Both the position numbers and the translations under genes were made by a program. Shown in pieces: positions 28,999 through 38,232 of a stretch of DNA of 64,000 bases. How positions within the stretch are numbered: position 1 is the first letter of the stretch; every line of letters starts with the position of its first letter. The stretch spans positions 10,717 through 74,716 of the forward strand of contig CAYGFK010000001.1 of the NCBI GenBank assembly GCA_964349135.1. The letters run 5' to 3'. The notes beneath the pieces were generated by a model. It saw nothing but the letters and a program-made list of their open reading frames with translations, was not told the origin of the DNA and searched no databases. The DNA comes from an uncultured Candidatus Saccharibacteria bacterium. Its GTDB lineage: Bacteria; Patescibacteriota; Minisyncoccia; Phycocordibacterales; DSPV01.

Positions 28999-31917
28999 AT
29001 GAAGACTGATAAATTTGCAGAGGCGTACCGAAAACTCAATCAAAAACAGCGGGAGGCCGTAGACGCCATTGACGGGCCGGTTATGGTTATTGCTGGTCCG
29101 GGAACGGGCAAGACGACCATTCTTTCTCTGCGCATTGCGAATATTCTACGGAAAACCGACTCGCCTCCGGACGCTATTTTGGCGCTGACCTTTACCGAAT
29201 CAGGGGTCCGTTCGATGCGAAAGAAACTTCTTGAGGTCATCGGACCACGAGCGTATCGCGTTCACGTACACACGTTCCACGGTCTTGCCAATGAAATTAT
29301 CAAGACGTATCCCGACAAATTTCCGCGTATTATCGGGTCTGAGCACATCGAAGACCTTGAGCAGATACGACTTGTTGACGAACTTCTCGGGAAAGGGGAA
29401 TACGAATATCTGAGACCTAAAGGAGACCCGCTCTACTATGTGCGTAAGATTATCGATGTGGTGAAGAACTTGAAGAAGGACGGGATTTTGCCCGATGCGC
29501 TTGAAAAAAGGGTCTCCCTGGAGGAGCAGGAAATTCTCTCGGCGCACGATTTGCGACACGAATCGGGTCGGTACGCGGGTGAGATGAAGGGGGCCTATCG
29601 TGAACGTCTCGAGTCAATCGCAAAGAATAAAGAGCTTGTTCAAGCGTACCGTGACTATGAGTTACTTCTCGAGAAATCGCGTCTCTACGATTATGAAGAT
29701 ATGATTTCAGAGGTCGTCAAGGCGCTTGAAAGTGATTCGGATTTGCGACTCCGGCTTCAGGAAGAGTATCAGTATGTCTTGGCTGATGAACACCAGGATG
29801 CCAACAAATCGCAGAATCTTTTCCTTGAGTTGCTAAGCTCATTCCATGAGAACCCCAATTTATTCGTCGTAGGGGACGAAAAACAGGCGATATTTCGTTT
29901 TCAAGGCGCCTCACTCGAGAATTTTTTGTACTTTAAGAGTCGATTCCCGACGACAAAACTTATTGTACTCGACGAGAACTTTCGTTCGCATCAAATTATA
30001 CTCGATGCAGCCCACGCTCTCATTGAGCATAATACGGTAGATGACCGTTCTCTCCGAACTGAGCTGAAATCTGTTCGGAGTATCGCGCCCGAGAAGCTTG
30101 TTGTGGCAGAGGCACCCGACCGTCTCTCAGAGCTCTTCTATATCGCAGAAAGGATTACTGAGCTCCGGTCAAAAGGGGTTCCCCTTAAAGAAATGGCGAT
30201 TTTGGTTCGGGATAACGCGCATGCCGGACCGGTGGAACATGAGCTCCGTCGTCACGGTATCAGTGTCGCTCGGCTTGCGAGTGCGGATGTGCTCGGTCAC
30301 CCGTACCTCGATGGCTTTTTGACACTGATGCAGGCCGTGTCGACCCCGGCTGATGAGTCGATATTTATACGCGCTGCTTTCGTCGGATTTCTGAAGGTTG
30401 ACCCGATTGCCTTGTCACGAATTCTCTCGCGCCGATTGCGTGGAGAACCTTTGCTTGAACTCCTTGCCAAACACCAAGAGACTAAAGCATTTGCCGCGCA
30501 TTTTCGTTTGTTTGCCGAGCTCGCACATCGCGAACCGCTCGTTGAGGCATTCGAACGCATTGCACTCGAATCGGGATTCATTGATTTTCTTGTTGCTCAC
30601 ACTCGTTCACATGAACTCCTTCCGCTCTATGCCGGCCTTCTTGACGCCGTGGTTCGGCACGCGGAGCGAGATAAAAAAGCGACCCTAGCTGATTTCATGA
30701 GACGCCTTGAGAGTGCTCGGGCTCATGGACACACGATTGCTGTTTCTCCACTGCCACCTGAAGGTGTACAGCTTCTGACGGCGCACGGTTCGAAAGGACT
30801 TGAGTTTGACCATGTCTTTATCGTGCATGTTCTTGATGGGATATGGGGAGGCCGGAAATCTCGAAGCGCTTTTTCTATTCGTGGCGTAGGTTCTCTCGGG
30901 TCTGATATTGAGGATGAACGCCGTCTTTTTTATGTGGCTCTCACACGAGCTCGACAGTCGGTAACGCTCTCGTTTTTTGAACATACCGAGGACGGTAAAG
31001 AAAAGAGTCCGTCGCAGTTTGTCGCCGAGCTCGCGCTCGAACATGTGCAACGTAAACTGGTCGAACCCATTTCTCTCGAATCAGCGGTGAAGCCGACGCC
31101 CGGCCCGAAGACGGGAGCGTTCGACAAATCCTATTTGAACGGACTGTTTCTTGAACGAGGATTTTCAGTTACGCATCTCAATAACTATCTATCATGTCCG
31201 TGGAGATATTTCTTTGTCGATTTGCTTCGCGTACCAAAACCTTTAGAATCCTCGGCAATCTACGGTCTTGCAATGCACGGCGCATTGAAATATTACTTTG
31301 ATGCCTACGCGCGTGAAGAGGATGTAACCGTGTCTCAAGTGGCTTCCTTCATTGAAAATCTTTTATGGCGTAGTGCGCTTTCAGACAAAGATTTCAAGCA
31401 ACACGCTCGAGAAGGTAAAAAGGAGGTCCAAGGGTATCTCCAGTCTCGCCATTTTTCTCGAGCCATTTTTAATGAAATGCGCATTTCAGGGGTGCCGTTT
31501 TCAATCGGGGATACGGAGATTGTACTTACCGGAATACTCGACAAAGTTGAAATGATGGAGGGTTCGTCGGTTCACGTCATCGATTATAAAACCGGAACCC
31601 CAAAAAGTCGGAATGACATACTTGGTAAAACAAAGAATTCAGACGGAAATTACCATCGTCAACTTCTGTTTTATAAGCTGTTGTTAGACCAATACAAGGA
31701 CGGGGAGTGGAAGATGAAGGCCGGTACCATTGATTTTATCAAGCCGGATAAGAAAGGAAGTTACCACAGCGAGACGTTCGATGTTGCAGATGGTGACGAG
31801 AAAGTTGTTGCAGAAGAAATACGACACGCTGCCCGTGAAATTCTCGAGCTCTCTTTTTGGGAACGTTTTTGCGACGACCGTTCTTGCCCGTGGTGCCGGC
31901 TACGGCGACAACTGTGA
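28999..31917 (+). CDS. UvrD/PcrA-type superfamily 1 helicase fused to a C-terminal RecB-family (PD-(D/E)xK) nuclease domain with a 4-Cys Fe-S cluster signature
   Basis: SF1 motifs GPGTGKTT, DEHQD, Q-motif. C-terminal HVIDYKTG (DxK), QLLFYKLL (QxxxY). Cys at LSCPWRYF plus C-x5-C-x2-C (FCDDRSCPWC) at the extreme C-terminus. Confidence 0.8.
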   Translation: MKTDKFAEAYRKLNQKQREAVDAIDGPVMVIAGPGTGKTTILSLRIANILRKTDSPPDAILALTFTESGVRSMRKKLLEVIGPRAYRVHVHTFHGLANEIIKTYPDKFPRIIGSEHIEDLEQIRLVDELLGKGEYEYLRPKGDPLYYVRKIIDVVKNLKKDGILPDALEKRVSLEEQEILSAHDLRHESGRYAGEMKGAYRERLESIAKNKELVQAYRDYELLLEKSRLYDYEDMISEVVKALESDSDLRLRLQEEYQYVLADEHQDANKSQNLFLELLSSFHENPNLFVVGDEKQAIFRFQGASLENFLYFKSRFPTTKLIVLDENFRSHQIILDAAHALIEHNTVDDRSLRTELKSVRSIAPEKLVVAEAPDRLSELFYIAERITELRSKGVPLKEMAILVRDNAHAGPVEHELRRHGISVARLASADVLGHPYLDGFLTLMQAVSTPADESIFIRAAFVGFLKVDPIALSRILSRRLRGEPLLELLAKHQETKAFAAHFRLFAELAHREPLVEAFERIALESGFIDFLVAHTRSHELLPLYAGLLDAVVRHAERDKKATLADFMRRLESARAHGHTIAVSPLPPEGVQLLTAHGSKGLEFDHVFIVHVLDGIWGGRKSRSAFSIRGVGSLGSDIEDERRLFYVALTRARQSVTLSFFEHTEDGKEKSPSQFVAELALEHVQRKLVEPISLESAVKPTPGPKTGAFDKSYLNGLFLERGFSVTHLNNYLSCPWRYFFVDLLRVPKPLESSAIYGLAMHGALKYYFDAYAREEDVTVSQVASFIENLLWRSALSDKDFKQHAREGKKEVQGYLQSRHFSRAIFNEMRISGVPFSIGDTEIVLTGILDKVEMMEGSSVHVIDYKTGTPKSRNDILGKTKNSDGNYHRQLLFYKLLLDQYKDGEWKMKAGTIDFIKPDKKGSYHSETFDVADGDEKVVAEEIRHAAREILELSFWERFCDDRSCPWCRLRRQL

Positions 31918-32856
31918 TTAGTCGAGCAGGGCGTCGATAATCTGACTTACGATACCCAAGGGAAGTGCGCCTGACATACTGATTCGTTTTCGGTCATTTG
32001 AGATGACGAATACCTGTCCTTGGCCTTGCGCGATGAAGTCGTTATTGAGCTTTTCGATGTACGCAACTCCCGAGTCAGAGAATCCGTCCTTTGAGACAAA
32101 CACCGAGAACGGAGTCCCGCGACCACCACCACGGGTCGCGTCGTCATACTCGCTCTGTACAGTGTCCGCATATTTGCTACTTGAAAGGCAAGTGGCAAAG
32201 GCATCTTTATCGAGTCCAACATCTCCGGCAATTTCTGGCAGACGCGCAGGGTCAAGTCCGTTATTGGCAGGTGTTATTTCATAAAGTCTATTTGTGTAAT
32301 CCCAGAAACCTTTGTTCCCGCCAAGTTCGCCGGCACATTCAAGCGCCTCGCCTTCTTTAGGTGCTCGTGGATGCAGTTGGGTGAGAGGAAAATGTCGATA
32401 TACCCAACTAACCTCTCCATTCTTACCGTAGGAATCTATCACGCTCTGCATGGTTGTATGGAAGTTCTTGCAGAAAGGACATTCGGTGTCTGAGTATTCA
32501 ACGATAGTAATCGGTGCTTCCGGGCTTCCAAGTATCCAGTCATCGCCGCTAATAGGTGCAATCGTAACATCACTTGTCGTCTGCGGTTTAATTTGTTGCG
32601 CCGCGGGCTTTTCTTCAGTTGTGGTGCCACCTCCGTTGTTGGCGATAAGTACGGCACCTCCAATAAGGGCACCAGCGATTACAATAGCTACGGGAAGCGT
32701 CAATGCGTTTGAGTTGTTGGATTCCATATCTTTTACGTTAAAGAGTAACCGCCCTAGTGTACCTGACCCTGAGAGCTCATGCAACGAGTATTTGTTTTGT
32801 TGTGTAGAGCCGTGGTTTTGCGGTATAGTGCTCAGATAATGGATTCTATACTTCAA
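31918..32856 (-). CDS. DsbA-like thiol:disulfide oxidoreductase with an N-terminal membrane anchor
   Basis: Thioredoxin-fold CPFC active site and hydrophobic stretch LTLPVAIVIAGALIGGAVLI. The true start may be the internal MESNNS at 32727. Confidence 0.7.
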   Translation of the reverse strand: MKYRIHYLSTIPQNHGSTQQNKYSLHELSGSGTLGRLLFNVKDMESNNSNALTLPVAIVIAGALIGGAVLIANNGGGTTTEEKPAAQQIKPQTTSDVTIAPISGDDWILGSPEAPITIVEYSDTECPFCKNFHTTMQSVIDSYGKNGEVSWVYRHFPLTQLHPRAPKEGEALECAGELGGNKGFWDYTNRLYEITPANNGLDPARLPEIAGDVGLDKDAFATCLSSSKYADTVQSEYDDATRGGGRGTPFSVFVSKDGFSDSGVAYIEKLNNDFIAQGQGQVFVISNDRKRISMSGALPLGIVSQIIDALLD

Positions 32857-33639
32857 GCGCTCGTATTAGGACTTGTTCAGGGAGTTACGGAGTTCATCCC
32901 GGTCTCTTCTTCGGGTCACCTTATTCTCGTGCGCGATTTCTTTGGTATTGTCGCTACTCCTGCCGACCTCGCCTTTGATGCCGTACTTCAGTTAGCCACG
33001 GCAATATCTGTGGCTTGGTATTTCAGGAAAGACCTCATCAACTTGCTCTTGGCGTTTGGGCGCAAACTTCAAGGACACCATGTGGACGAGGAATATCGCG
33101 TGCTCTTTCTTTCACTTGTACTTGGCACGATTCCTGCTGTACTCGCAGGACTCTTACTCGAAGATTCGATGGAGACACTCTTCCGTTCCAGCACGCTCGT
33201 TGCGTGGACGCTCATTGTCGGTGCCGTGCTCATGTATTCGGCAGACCGCATAGGGTCGCAAAAAGACGGACTCACGGTTAGGAAGGGTTTCTTTGTAGGT
33301 CTATTTCAAGTCCTCGCGCTTGTGCCGGGAATCTCGCGTTCAGGGGCCACTATCTCTGGAGGTCTCTTTGCCGGTCTGAATCGGGAGAATGCAATTCGAT
33401 TCAGTTTCCTTCTTGGATTTCCGATTCTTTTCGGTTCGGGTATAAAAAAACTCCTTGAGTTGCTTAGCGCGGGGGCGCTCGACACTCTCGGCGCATCTCT
33501 TGTTATTGGCTCAATTGCCGCGTTTGTATCAGGACTTGCCGCCATCCATTTCCTTGTCTCGTATCTAAAACGGCACGGTCTCAGTGTCTTTGTATTCTAC
33601 CGTGTAGCGCTAGCCGTTCTCATTCTCGTATTTCTCTAA
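32839..33639 (+). CDS. uppP: Undecaprenyl-diphosphatase
   Basis: MDSILQALVLGLVQGVTEFIPVSSSGHL is a canonical UppP/BacA N-terminus. Confidence 0.9.
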   Translation: MDSILQALVLGLVQGVTEFIPVSSSGHLILVRDFFGIVATPADLAFDAVLQLATAISVAWYFRKDLINLLLAFGRKLQGHHVDEEYRVLFLSLVLGTIPAVLAGLLLEDSMETLFRSSTLVAWTLIVGAVLMYSADRIGSQKDGLTVRKGFFVGLFQVLALVPGISRSGATISGGLFAGLNRENAIRFSFLLGFPILFGSGIKKLLELLSAGALDTLGASLVIGSIAAFVSGLAAIHFLVSYLKRHGLSVFVFYRVALAVLILVFL

Positions 33640-34205
33640 AACAAAGCCCCTGTCTTGTTGGCAGATGGTGCCTCCCATGACGAGGTGTCGAGTTTGAAAT
33701 CTTTAACGGTCCCGTTGTCGAGATAGCTAAGTTTGCCGTTTTTGCGAGCATAGTCATACAGTTCTTTAGTGATGCGCACGTCTTCAATGCAGTATTTTCG
33801 TAATTTCTCTATCTGGCCCTCGTTCCACCACTTGATAGCATCAAGGCCGTGTCCGATTTTCTTCTTGCCGAGTGTTGCCTCGGCGAGCGTATCGAGTTTA
33901 ATGCGTCGTCCGAGCGAGTGGCGCACTTCTTTGAGGAGGTCGAGACTTCGTATCTTTGTCAGGTCTCCACGATAGTATTTATTCAGACAGGGGATATCAA
34001 AGTGGTCAGAATTGAAACCGATAAGCAGGTCAGCTTTTTCAAGAATAGGCCACAGGTTCTCGAGTTCCTCTTCTAGGTAACTTGAATAGGTATCTGATTC
34101 TGAATCGTAGATGCAGACGATGGACATGTCGAGGTCGGCCGGATTGTTTGAGCCGACATCGGTGAAGATGTTTTTTGTTTCGATATCAAAAACTACCTTT
34201 CGCAT
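33636..34205 (-). CDS. DEDD-type 3'-5' exonuclease (RNase H-like fold)
   Basis: FDIET...(Exo I), FNSDHFDIP (Exo II), YCIEDV (Exo III). Confidence 0.6.
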   Translation of the reverse strand: MRKVVFDIETKNIFTDVGSNNPADLDMSIVCIYDSESDTYSSYLEEELENLWPILEKADLLIGFNSDHFDIPCLNKYYRGDLTKIRSLDLLKEVRHSLGRRIKLDTLAEATLGKKKIGHGLDAIKWWNEGQIEKLRKYCIEDVRITKELYDYARKNGKLSYLDNGTVKDFKLDTSSWEAPSANKTGALF

Positions 34206-34226
34206 GGTTTGTATAGTCTACGCTAG

Positions 34227-35180
34227 TTACTTGAGAGGTAGAGCGTGAGTTACCAGGAAATCCCGAAGGGTTACGTCGCCCATGCCGAAGCCGACGGTGG
34301 GAACTGGCTCAGCGTCAAATAGTTCCATGAGGTTGTCATACCGACCCCCTCCGAAGAGTGAGCGACGGTTTTCTTCATGGGTGTCGAATACTTCGAATAC
34401 CATACCGGTATAGTAGTCGAATCCTCGAACAAGGGTCGGTTCATAGATGACGTTAGTGATACCTGCGGAGGTGAGTGCTTCAAGGACATCCGTTGGTCCG
34501 TTGCTTGCACTGAGCACGAACTCTTTGTTGGAGAACTTTGTCCATTCCGCGGTGAATTCCTCGTCGGTGATTTTGTTCTTCTTATCTATGAGTCGCATCG
34601 CTTCGGGTAGGGTTAGCGGGTCCTTGAGAAGTCCCGATATCTCCTTTTCGCTGTGTGCGCGGTTATTAATCTTGATTTGAAAATCCTGCTCCTTGGCACC
34701 AAACGCTTTCATAAGGTCGTAGGCGAGCTTTATGATTTCAACGTCGGCTTCTGTCCCTGCGATTCCCATGAGGTCGCAGTTGAGTTGCCAGTGTTCACGA
34801 CGTCGGCCGCGTTGAGGCCTCTCGTACCGGAAACAATTGGCGATGGTGAACCAGCGAAGAGGGAACTCTCTTTGGAGTTCTCGTCGTTTGGCGGCGACCA
34901 TACGAGCAAGACTCGGAGTCATTTCAGGTCTCAAGGCCACCTCACGGTCTCCTTTATCGCGGAAGAGGTACATTTGGTCGTTGACGATTTCGTCGCTTCC
35001 CTTGCGTCGGTAAAGTTCGGCGTACTCAAGAATCGATGAGCTGTACTCAGCGTAACCGGCTTTTTCGACCGTTTTTCGCCACGTAGAGAAGATATAGTTT
35101 TGGACTGCCATATCCTCGGGGTAAAAATCCCTAACGCCTTTATAGGGCTCTGTAGAAAGTTTATTTACTTTTTCTGACAT
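34227..35180 (-). CDS. hisS: Histidyl-tRNA synthetase catalytic core with no anticodon-binding domain (317 aa; HisZ-like architecture)
   Basis: GVRDFYPED, ALRPEMTPSLARMV, motif 2 FRYERPQRGRRREHWQ, motif 3 GGGRYDNL. The ORF ends right after motif 3 and the next gene is the unrelated exonuclease. Confidence 0.75.
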   Translation of the reverse strand: MSEKVNKLSTEPYKGVRDFYPEDMAVQNYIFSTWRKTVEKAGYAEYSSSILEYAELYRRKGSDEIVNDQMYLFRDKGDREVALRPEMTPSLARMVAAKRRELQREFPLRWFTIANCFRYERPQRGRRREHWQLNCDLMGIAGTEADVEIIKLAYDLMKAFGAKEQDFQIKINNRAHSEKEISGLLKDPLTLPEAMRLIDKKNKITDEEFTAEWTKFSNKEFVLSASNGPTDVLEALTSAGITNVIYEPTLVRGFDYYTGMVFEVFDTHEENRRSLFGGGRYDNLMELFDAEPVPTVGFGMGDVTLRDFLVTHALPLK

Positions 35181-35345
35181 AGGGCAATTGTAGCGTGCCT
35201 AGAGTCGTTTCGCAACGTGGAACTTGCATTATATTTTAATGTATGCTATACTCCTTGCGTCGTAGTATTTCTCGAATGTCGGCTGTGAGTTTTCACGCAC
35301 GAGTTTGAGGAGGTCGTGCTATGAAAGTTACAACAAAGAATACTC

Positions 35346-35618
35346 ATGGCTAAGAAATTGTATGTCGGTAACCTCTCATGGGGTACTGACGATGACAGCT
35401 TGCGCAGCGCCTTCGCTGAAGCCGGTTCCGTGTTGTCCGCTCAGGTCCTCAAGGACCGAATGACGGGCCGCTCACGTGGATTCGGATTCGTCGAAATGGA
35501 AGATGCGGATGCTCAGAAAGCGATTGAGATGCTTGATGGCAAGGATCTTGATGGCCGAAACATTCGTGTCAATGAAGCGAAGCCGCTCGCCGAGCGACCA
35601 GCTCGCCGGGAGTTCTAA
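35346..35618 (+). CDS. RRM-type RNA-binding protein
   Basis: RNP-2 LYVGNL and RNP-1 RGFGFVEM. Terminator at 35628-35662. Confidence 0.88.
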   Translation: MAKKLYVGNLSWGTDDDSLRSAFAEAGSVLSAQVLKDRMTGRSRGFGFVEMEDADAQKAIEMLDGKDLDGRNIRVNEAKPLAERPARREF

Positions 35619-35627
35619 CTCTCGCAC

Positions 35628-35662
35628 AAAAACGCCCGCTCTCGCGGGCGTTTTTGTTTTGC
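35628..35662 (+). terminator. Rho-independent terminator after the RRM gene
   Basis: aacgcccgcTCTCgcgggcgtt followed by TTTGTTTT. Confidence 0.7.
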
Positions 35663-35730
35663 TTGACGGCGTTATTCTGACGAGTACTATGGGGTCAGAA
35701 CAACCGGGCATAGCCCGAGAAAGGCAACTC

Positions 35731-36003
35731 ATGGAGATTAAATATCCCGAGCCGGAGAAGGTCTCCCGGCGACGTATACGCGGAATGGTTAAGTACGCGA
35801 CGAGTCAGGTCACTCATGTGCCGGTACCGGAAATAAACAGGGATACGCCACTATCCACTGCACAGGCGCATGAGGTTCTCGCACTTTTGGGAAATGACCT
35901 TGACCGAGAGATACCTATGCCACGGCGCAAGCGCCGAGGCATCAAGGTGTCCACATTGGAAGGTTTTGTCTTCCATGGCCAGGAGAAGTTTCCCAAGTGC
36001 TAA
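35731..36003 (+). CDS. Small basic hypothetical protein (90 aa)
   Basis: Promoter TTGACG-16-TACTAT at 35664-35691 and SD GAGAAAGG before the ATG at 35731. Own terminator at 36003-36046. The longer track ORF (35476) overlaps the RRM gene in another frame and is rejected. Confidence 0.35.
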   Translation: MEIKYPEPEKVSRRRIRGMVKYATSQVTHVPVPEINRDTPLSTAQAHEVLALLGNDLDREIPMPRRKRRGIKVSTLEGFVFHGQEKFPKC

Positions 36004-36046
36004 TGCGCGCAATGATTCCCTCTGGAATCCATTGCGCGCTTTTTCG
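36003..36046 (+). terminator. Rho-independent terminator (gcgcgcaatgg...ccattgcgcgc plus T5)
   Basis: 11-bp stem followed by TTTTTCGTTT. Confidence 0.65.
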
Positions 36047-36169
36047 TTTGTAACATCATACCCCTTTCGTGCGTTGTATAAGTGAACAGGTCGATATTTT
36101 TTAAAAAACGATGGCGGCAAGTTGCTACTCCTTGCCGCCTCCCTTTAGGGGGGTATACTTTGTGGACGT

Positions 36170-36760
36170 ATGGCGTATTTGGAAACAAAACCAGACGAAC
36201 AGTCGCTTGTCAGGACAAAACTCACTGACGAAGAAGTGTTTTCACGTGCGCTCACGAAGGACCCAGAGCTATTTTCCGAGATTGTAGAACGGTATCGTCA
36301 TGCGTTTTTGAGGAAGGCGAATTCCATCCTTAAGAACGAAGGGGATGCCGAAGATGCGGTTCAGGACGCACTCGTAAAGATATATGCAAAAGGTCGCTCG
36401 TTTAAGCCCGTACCCGGTGCTACCTTTAGTTCATGGGCATATCGAGTGCTCATCAACACGTGTTTGACCCTGTATCGAAAACGGGCTCGAGCTCGACTCG
36501 TGAGCTCCGAAGAACTTGAAGAGGTACTTGCTGATTATGCCGACGAGGCGCGTACGGAATCACGCTTGTCGTATGATGCATTTCTCGCTGTCGTATCGCG
36601 TCTTCCGGTTCAATTCTCTGCGCTCTTACAGAAACTTGTGGTATTAGGACGGAGTCCGGCAGATGTCGCCTCGGAAGAGGGGGTAAGTGTCGGTGCAATT
36701 CGAACTCGCTTGCATCGTGCCAGAAAAGCGTTTGAGAAAGTGCGGGTAACCATTGAATGA
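36170..36760 (+). CDS. ECF-type sigma-70 family sigma factor
   Basis: Region 2 (DAVQDALVKIY...FSSWAYRVLINTCL) and region 4 HTH (VASEEGVSVGAIRTRLHRARKAF). There is no region 3. Confidence 0.8.
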   Translation: MAYLETKPDEQSLVRTKLTDEEVFSRALTKDPELFSEIVERYRHAFLRKANSILKNEGDAEDAVQDALVKIYAKGRSFKPVPGATFSSWAYRVLINTCLTLYRKRARARLVSSEELEEVLADYADEARTESRLSYDAFLAVVSRLPVQFSALLQKLVVLGRSPADVASEEGVSVGAIRTRLHRARKAFEKVRVTIE

Positions 36761-37124
36761 TAGATACGATATGATTATTGTGATGCCAAAAGCAGAATTA
36801 GGAGAATTGGTGATGCGCCGAGTTCGGTTCATCTATCTTGTTCGCACACTGGTCACGCCACTTGTGGCTGAGGTCATTTCGCTTTCCGCCTGTGTCGGGG
36901 CATTTGTAGTGCTTGTTTCCTTTGAAGATGTGGTTGCTAATGCGCGTGCCACCGAATCGTTTTTGTCGCTCGTACAGTACGTGTTTTCTGCCGCGATGCA
37001 TACCGAGCTACTCATGCAGACCCTCTTTATTATCTTTATCGCCGTTTCAAGCTACTGTATGTATTCAATTATAAAGATGCCACGTCAGGAAAGCAGAACA
37101 TTCGTAGAATCGCAAATCGCTTAA
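36753..37124 (+). CDS. Putative membrane-bound anti-sigma factor (3 TM, 123 aa)
   Basis: Start overlaps the ECF sigma stop by 8 nt, which implies translational coupling. Hydrophobic helices present. No sequence homology is claimed. Confidence 0.4.
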   Translation: MNDRYDMIIVMPKAELGELVMRRVRFIYLVRTLVTPLVAEVISLSACVGAFVVLVSFEDVVANARATESFLSLVQYVFSAAMHTELLMQTLFIIFIAVSSYCMYSIIKMPRQESRTFVESQIA

Positions 37125-37444
37125 AGACGTCCACTGGACATAAGAAAGAAGAATCTCCGCATAGGCGGAGTTTTTATTTATCCGTTCCAGAGGTCGGTCC
37201 ACCAATCAAACGTGAGAAAAAGCAACACCGCTGCGGGAATATAGATGGGGGATAGGATGAGAAAAAGAATTCGTTTCCACATCATGGGATTAAAGAAGGC
37301 CGATACGTTCCTGAGGTGTGAGGGGGGGTGCTACAGCCTCGAGAAGAGAACGTACCGGCCAGGTAAGGGAACGAGTTGCTTGCGTGCGATGTGCGTTCCC
37401 TGTAAGAGAGAGAGTACTCTGAAGGTGTCTTTTCGTCAAGAATA

Positions 37445-37759
37445 TTATAGAGCGATAGTTACGAAGATGATGAAAGTAAAAAGGGCTAGAAAGGCGATGG
37501 TGTAGGCAAACATTTGTACGGCTTCAGCCGGTTTCTTTTCAAAGAAGAGCATGGTTGGTTTACCGAGTACCAGTGACCCGGTAATGGCGGCGGATGTAAC
37601 AAAGAGAAGCAACATGGCAAGCGGTGCAGCGAATGTGTCCGGTTTCCCTCCGAAGAATTTCTCCACATAAGACATAAAAACGGCGACTAAGGTAACGTAA
37701 ATAGCAGTGGCACCGGCATGTAACGCCGCACGTCTGATTAAATCATTTTTATGCTCCAT
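37445..37759 (-). CDS. Small membrane protein (104 aa, 3 TM)
   Basis: Hydropathy only. Confidence 0.35.
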   Translation of the reverse strand: MEHKNDLIRRAALHAGATAIYVTLVAVFMSYVEKFFGGKPDTFAAPLAMLLLFVTSAAITGSLVLGKPTMLFFEKKPAEAVQMFAYTIAFLALFTFIIFVTIAL

Positions 37760-37795
37760 GGCTCTAATATAACTCTTTTAAGTGTAAAAATCTTA

Positions 37796-38176
37796 CTATT
37801 TGTTAGTAAGCTTGGATATTCCTCTTTCAACTTCAATATGGCAATTCTTACAGAGAAGAATGCATTTTCGTGCTTCTTTGAGAATGCTTTTCCACGAATA
37901 ACTCAACCCCTTCACACTCAAAGAAAATTCTTTCTGTTTTCGGTTTAAGTGATGGAAATCAAGGGCGCCTGCATATTTTTTGTAACCACAAATTTGACAT
38001 TCCCCTCCGAACAAACTGACAAGTCTTTCTTTCTTTTTTCTCCTGTTATTAATAACCCATTCGGACGCGCACTTTCCGCATCGATAGGTCCCATCTTTCC
38101 TTGGAAAATGAGATGATTTCCCGTGATGTCGACAATGTTTAATCATGCGCAAATTATAACACTTGGTGTTAAGCAT
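37796..38176 (-). CDS. HNH endonuclease, free-standing
   Basis: C..C...HH...C..C.H core (CQICGY...FHHLNRK...CKNCH). Start set at MLNTK; the longer track start (38272) would overlap the tRNA 5' exon. Confidence 0.7.
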   Translation of the reverse strand: MLNTKCYNLRMIKHCRHHGKSSHFPRKDGTYRCGKCASEWVINNRRKKKERLVSLFGGECQICGYKKYAGALDFHHLNRKQKEFSLSVKGLSYSWKSILKEARKCILLCKNCHIEVERGISKLTNK

Positions 38177-38232
38177 CTGTAGGCACTGGACTTCATTGAT
38201 ACTCTGGAATAGAATTGTTGTGTTCGTTATAT

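Noticed and set aside
35476-35730. 5' part of track ORF 35476-36003 overlapping the RRM gene in another frame
   Set aside because: Its first 55 codons overlap the well-supported RRM gene, and the RRM terminator and a promoter lie inside it. Only the distal 90 codons (35731-36003) are kept, at low confidence.
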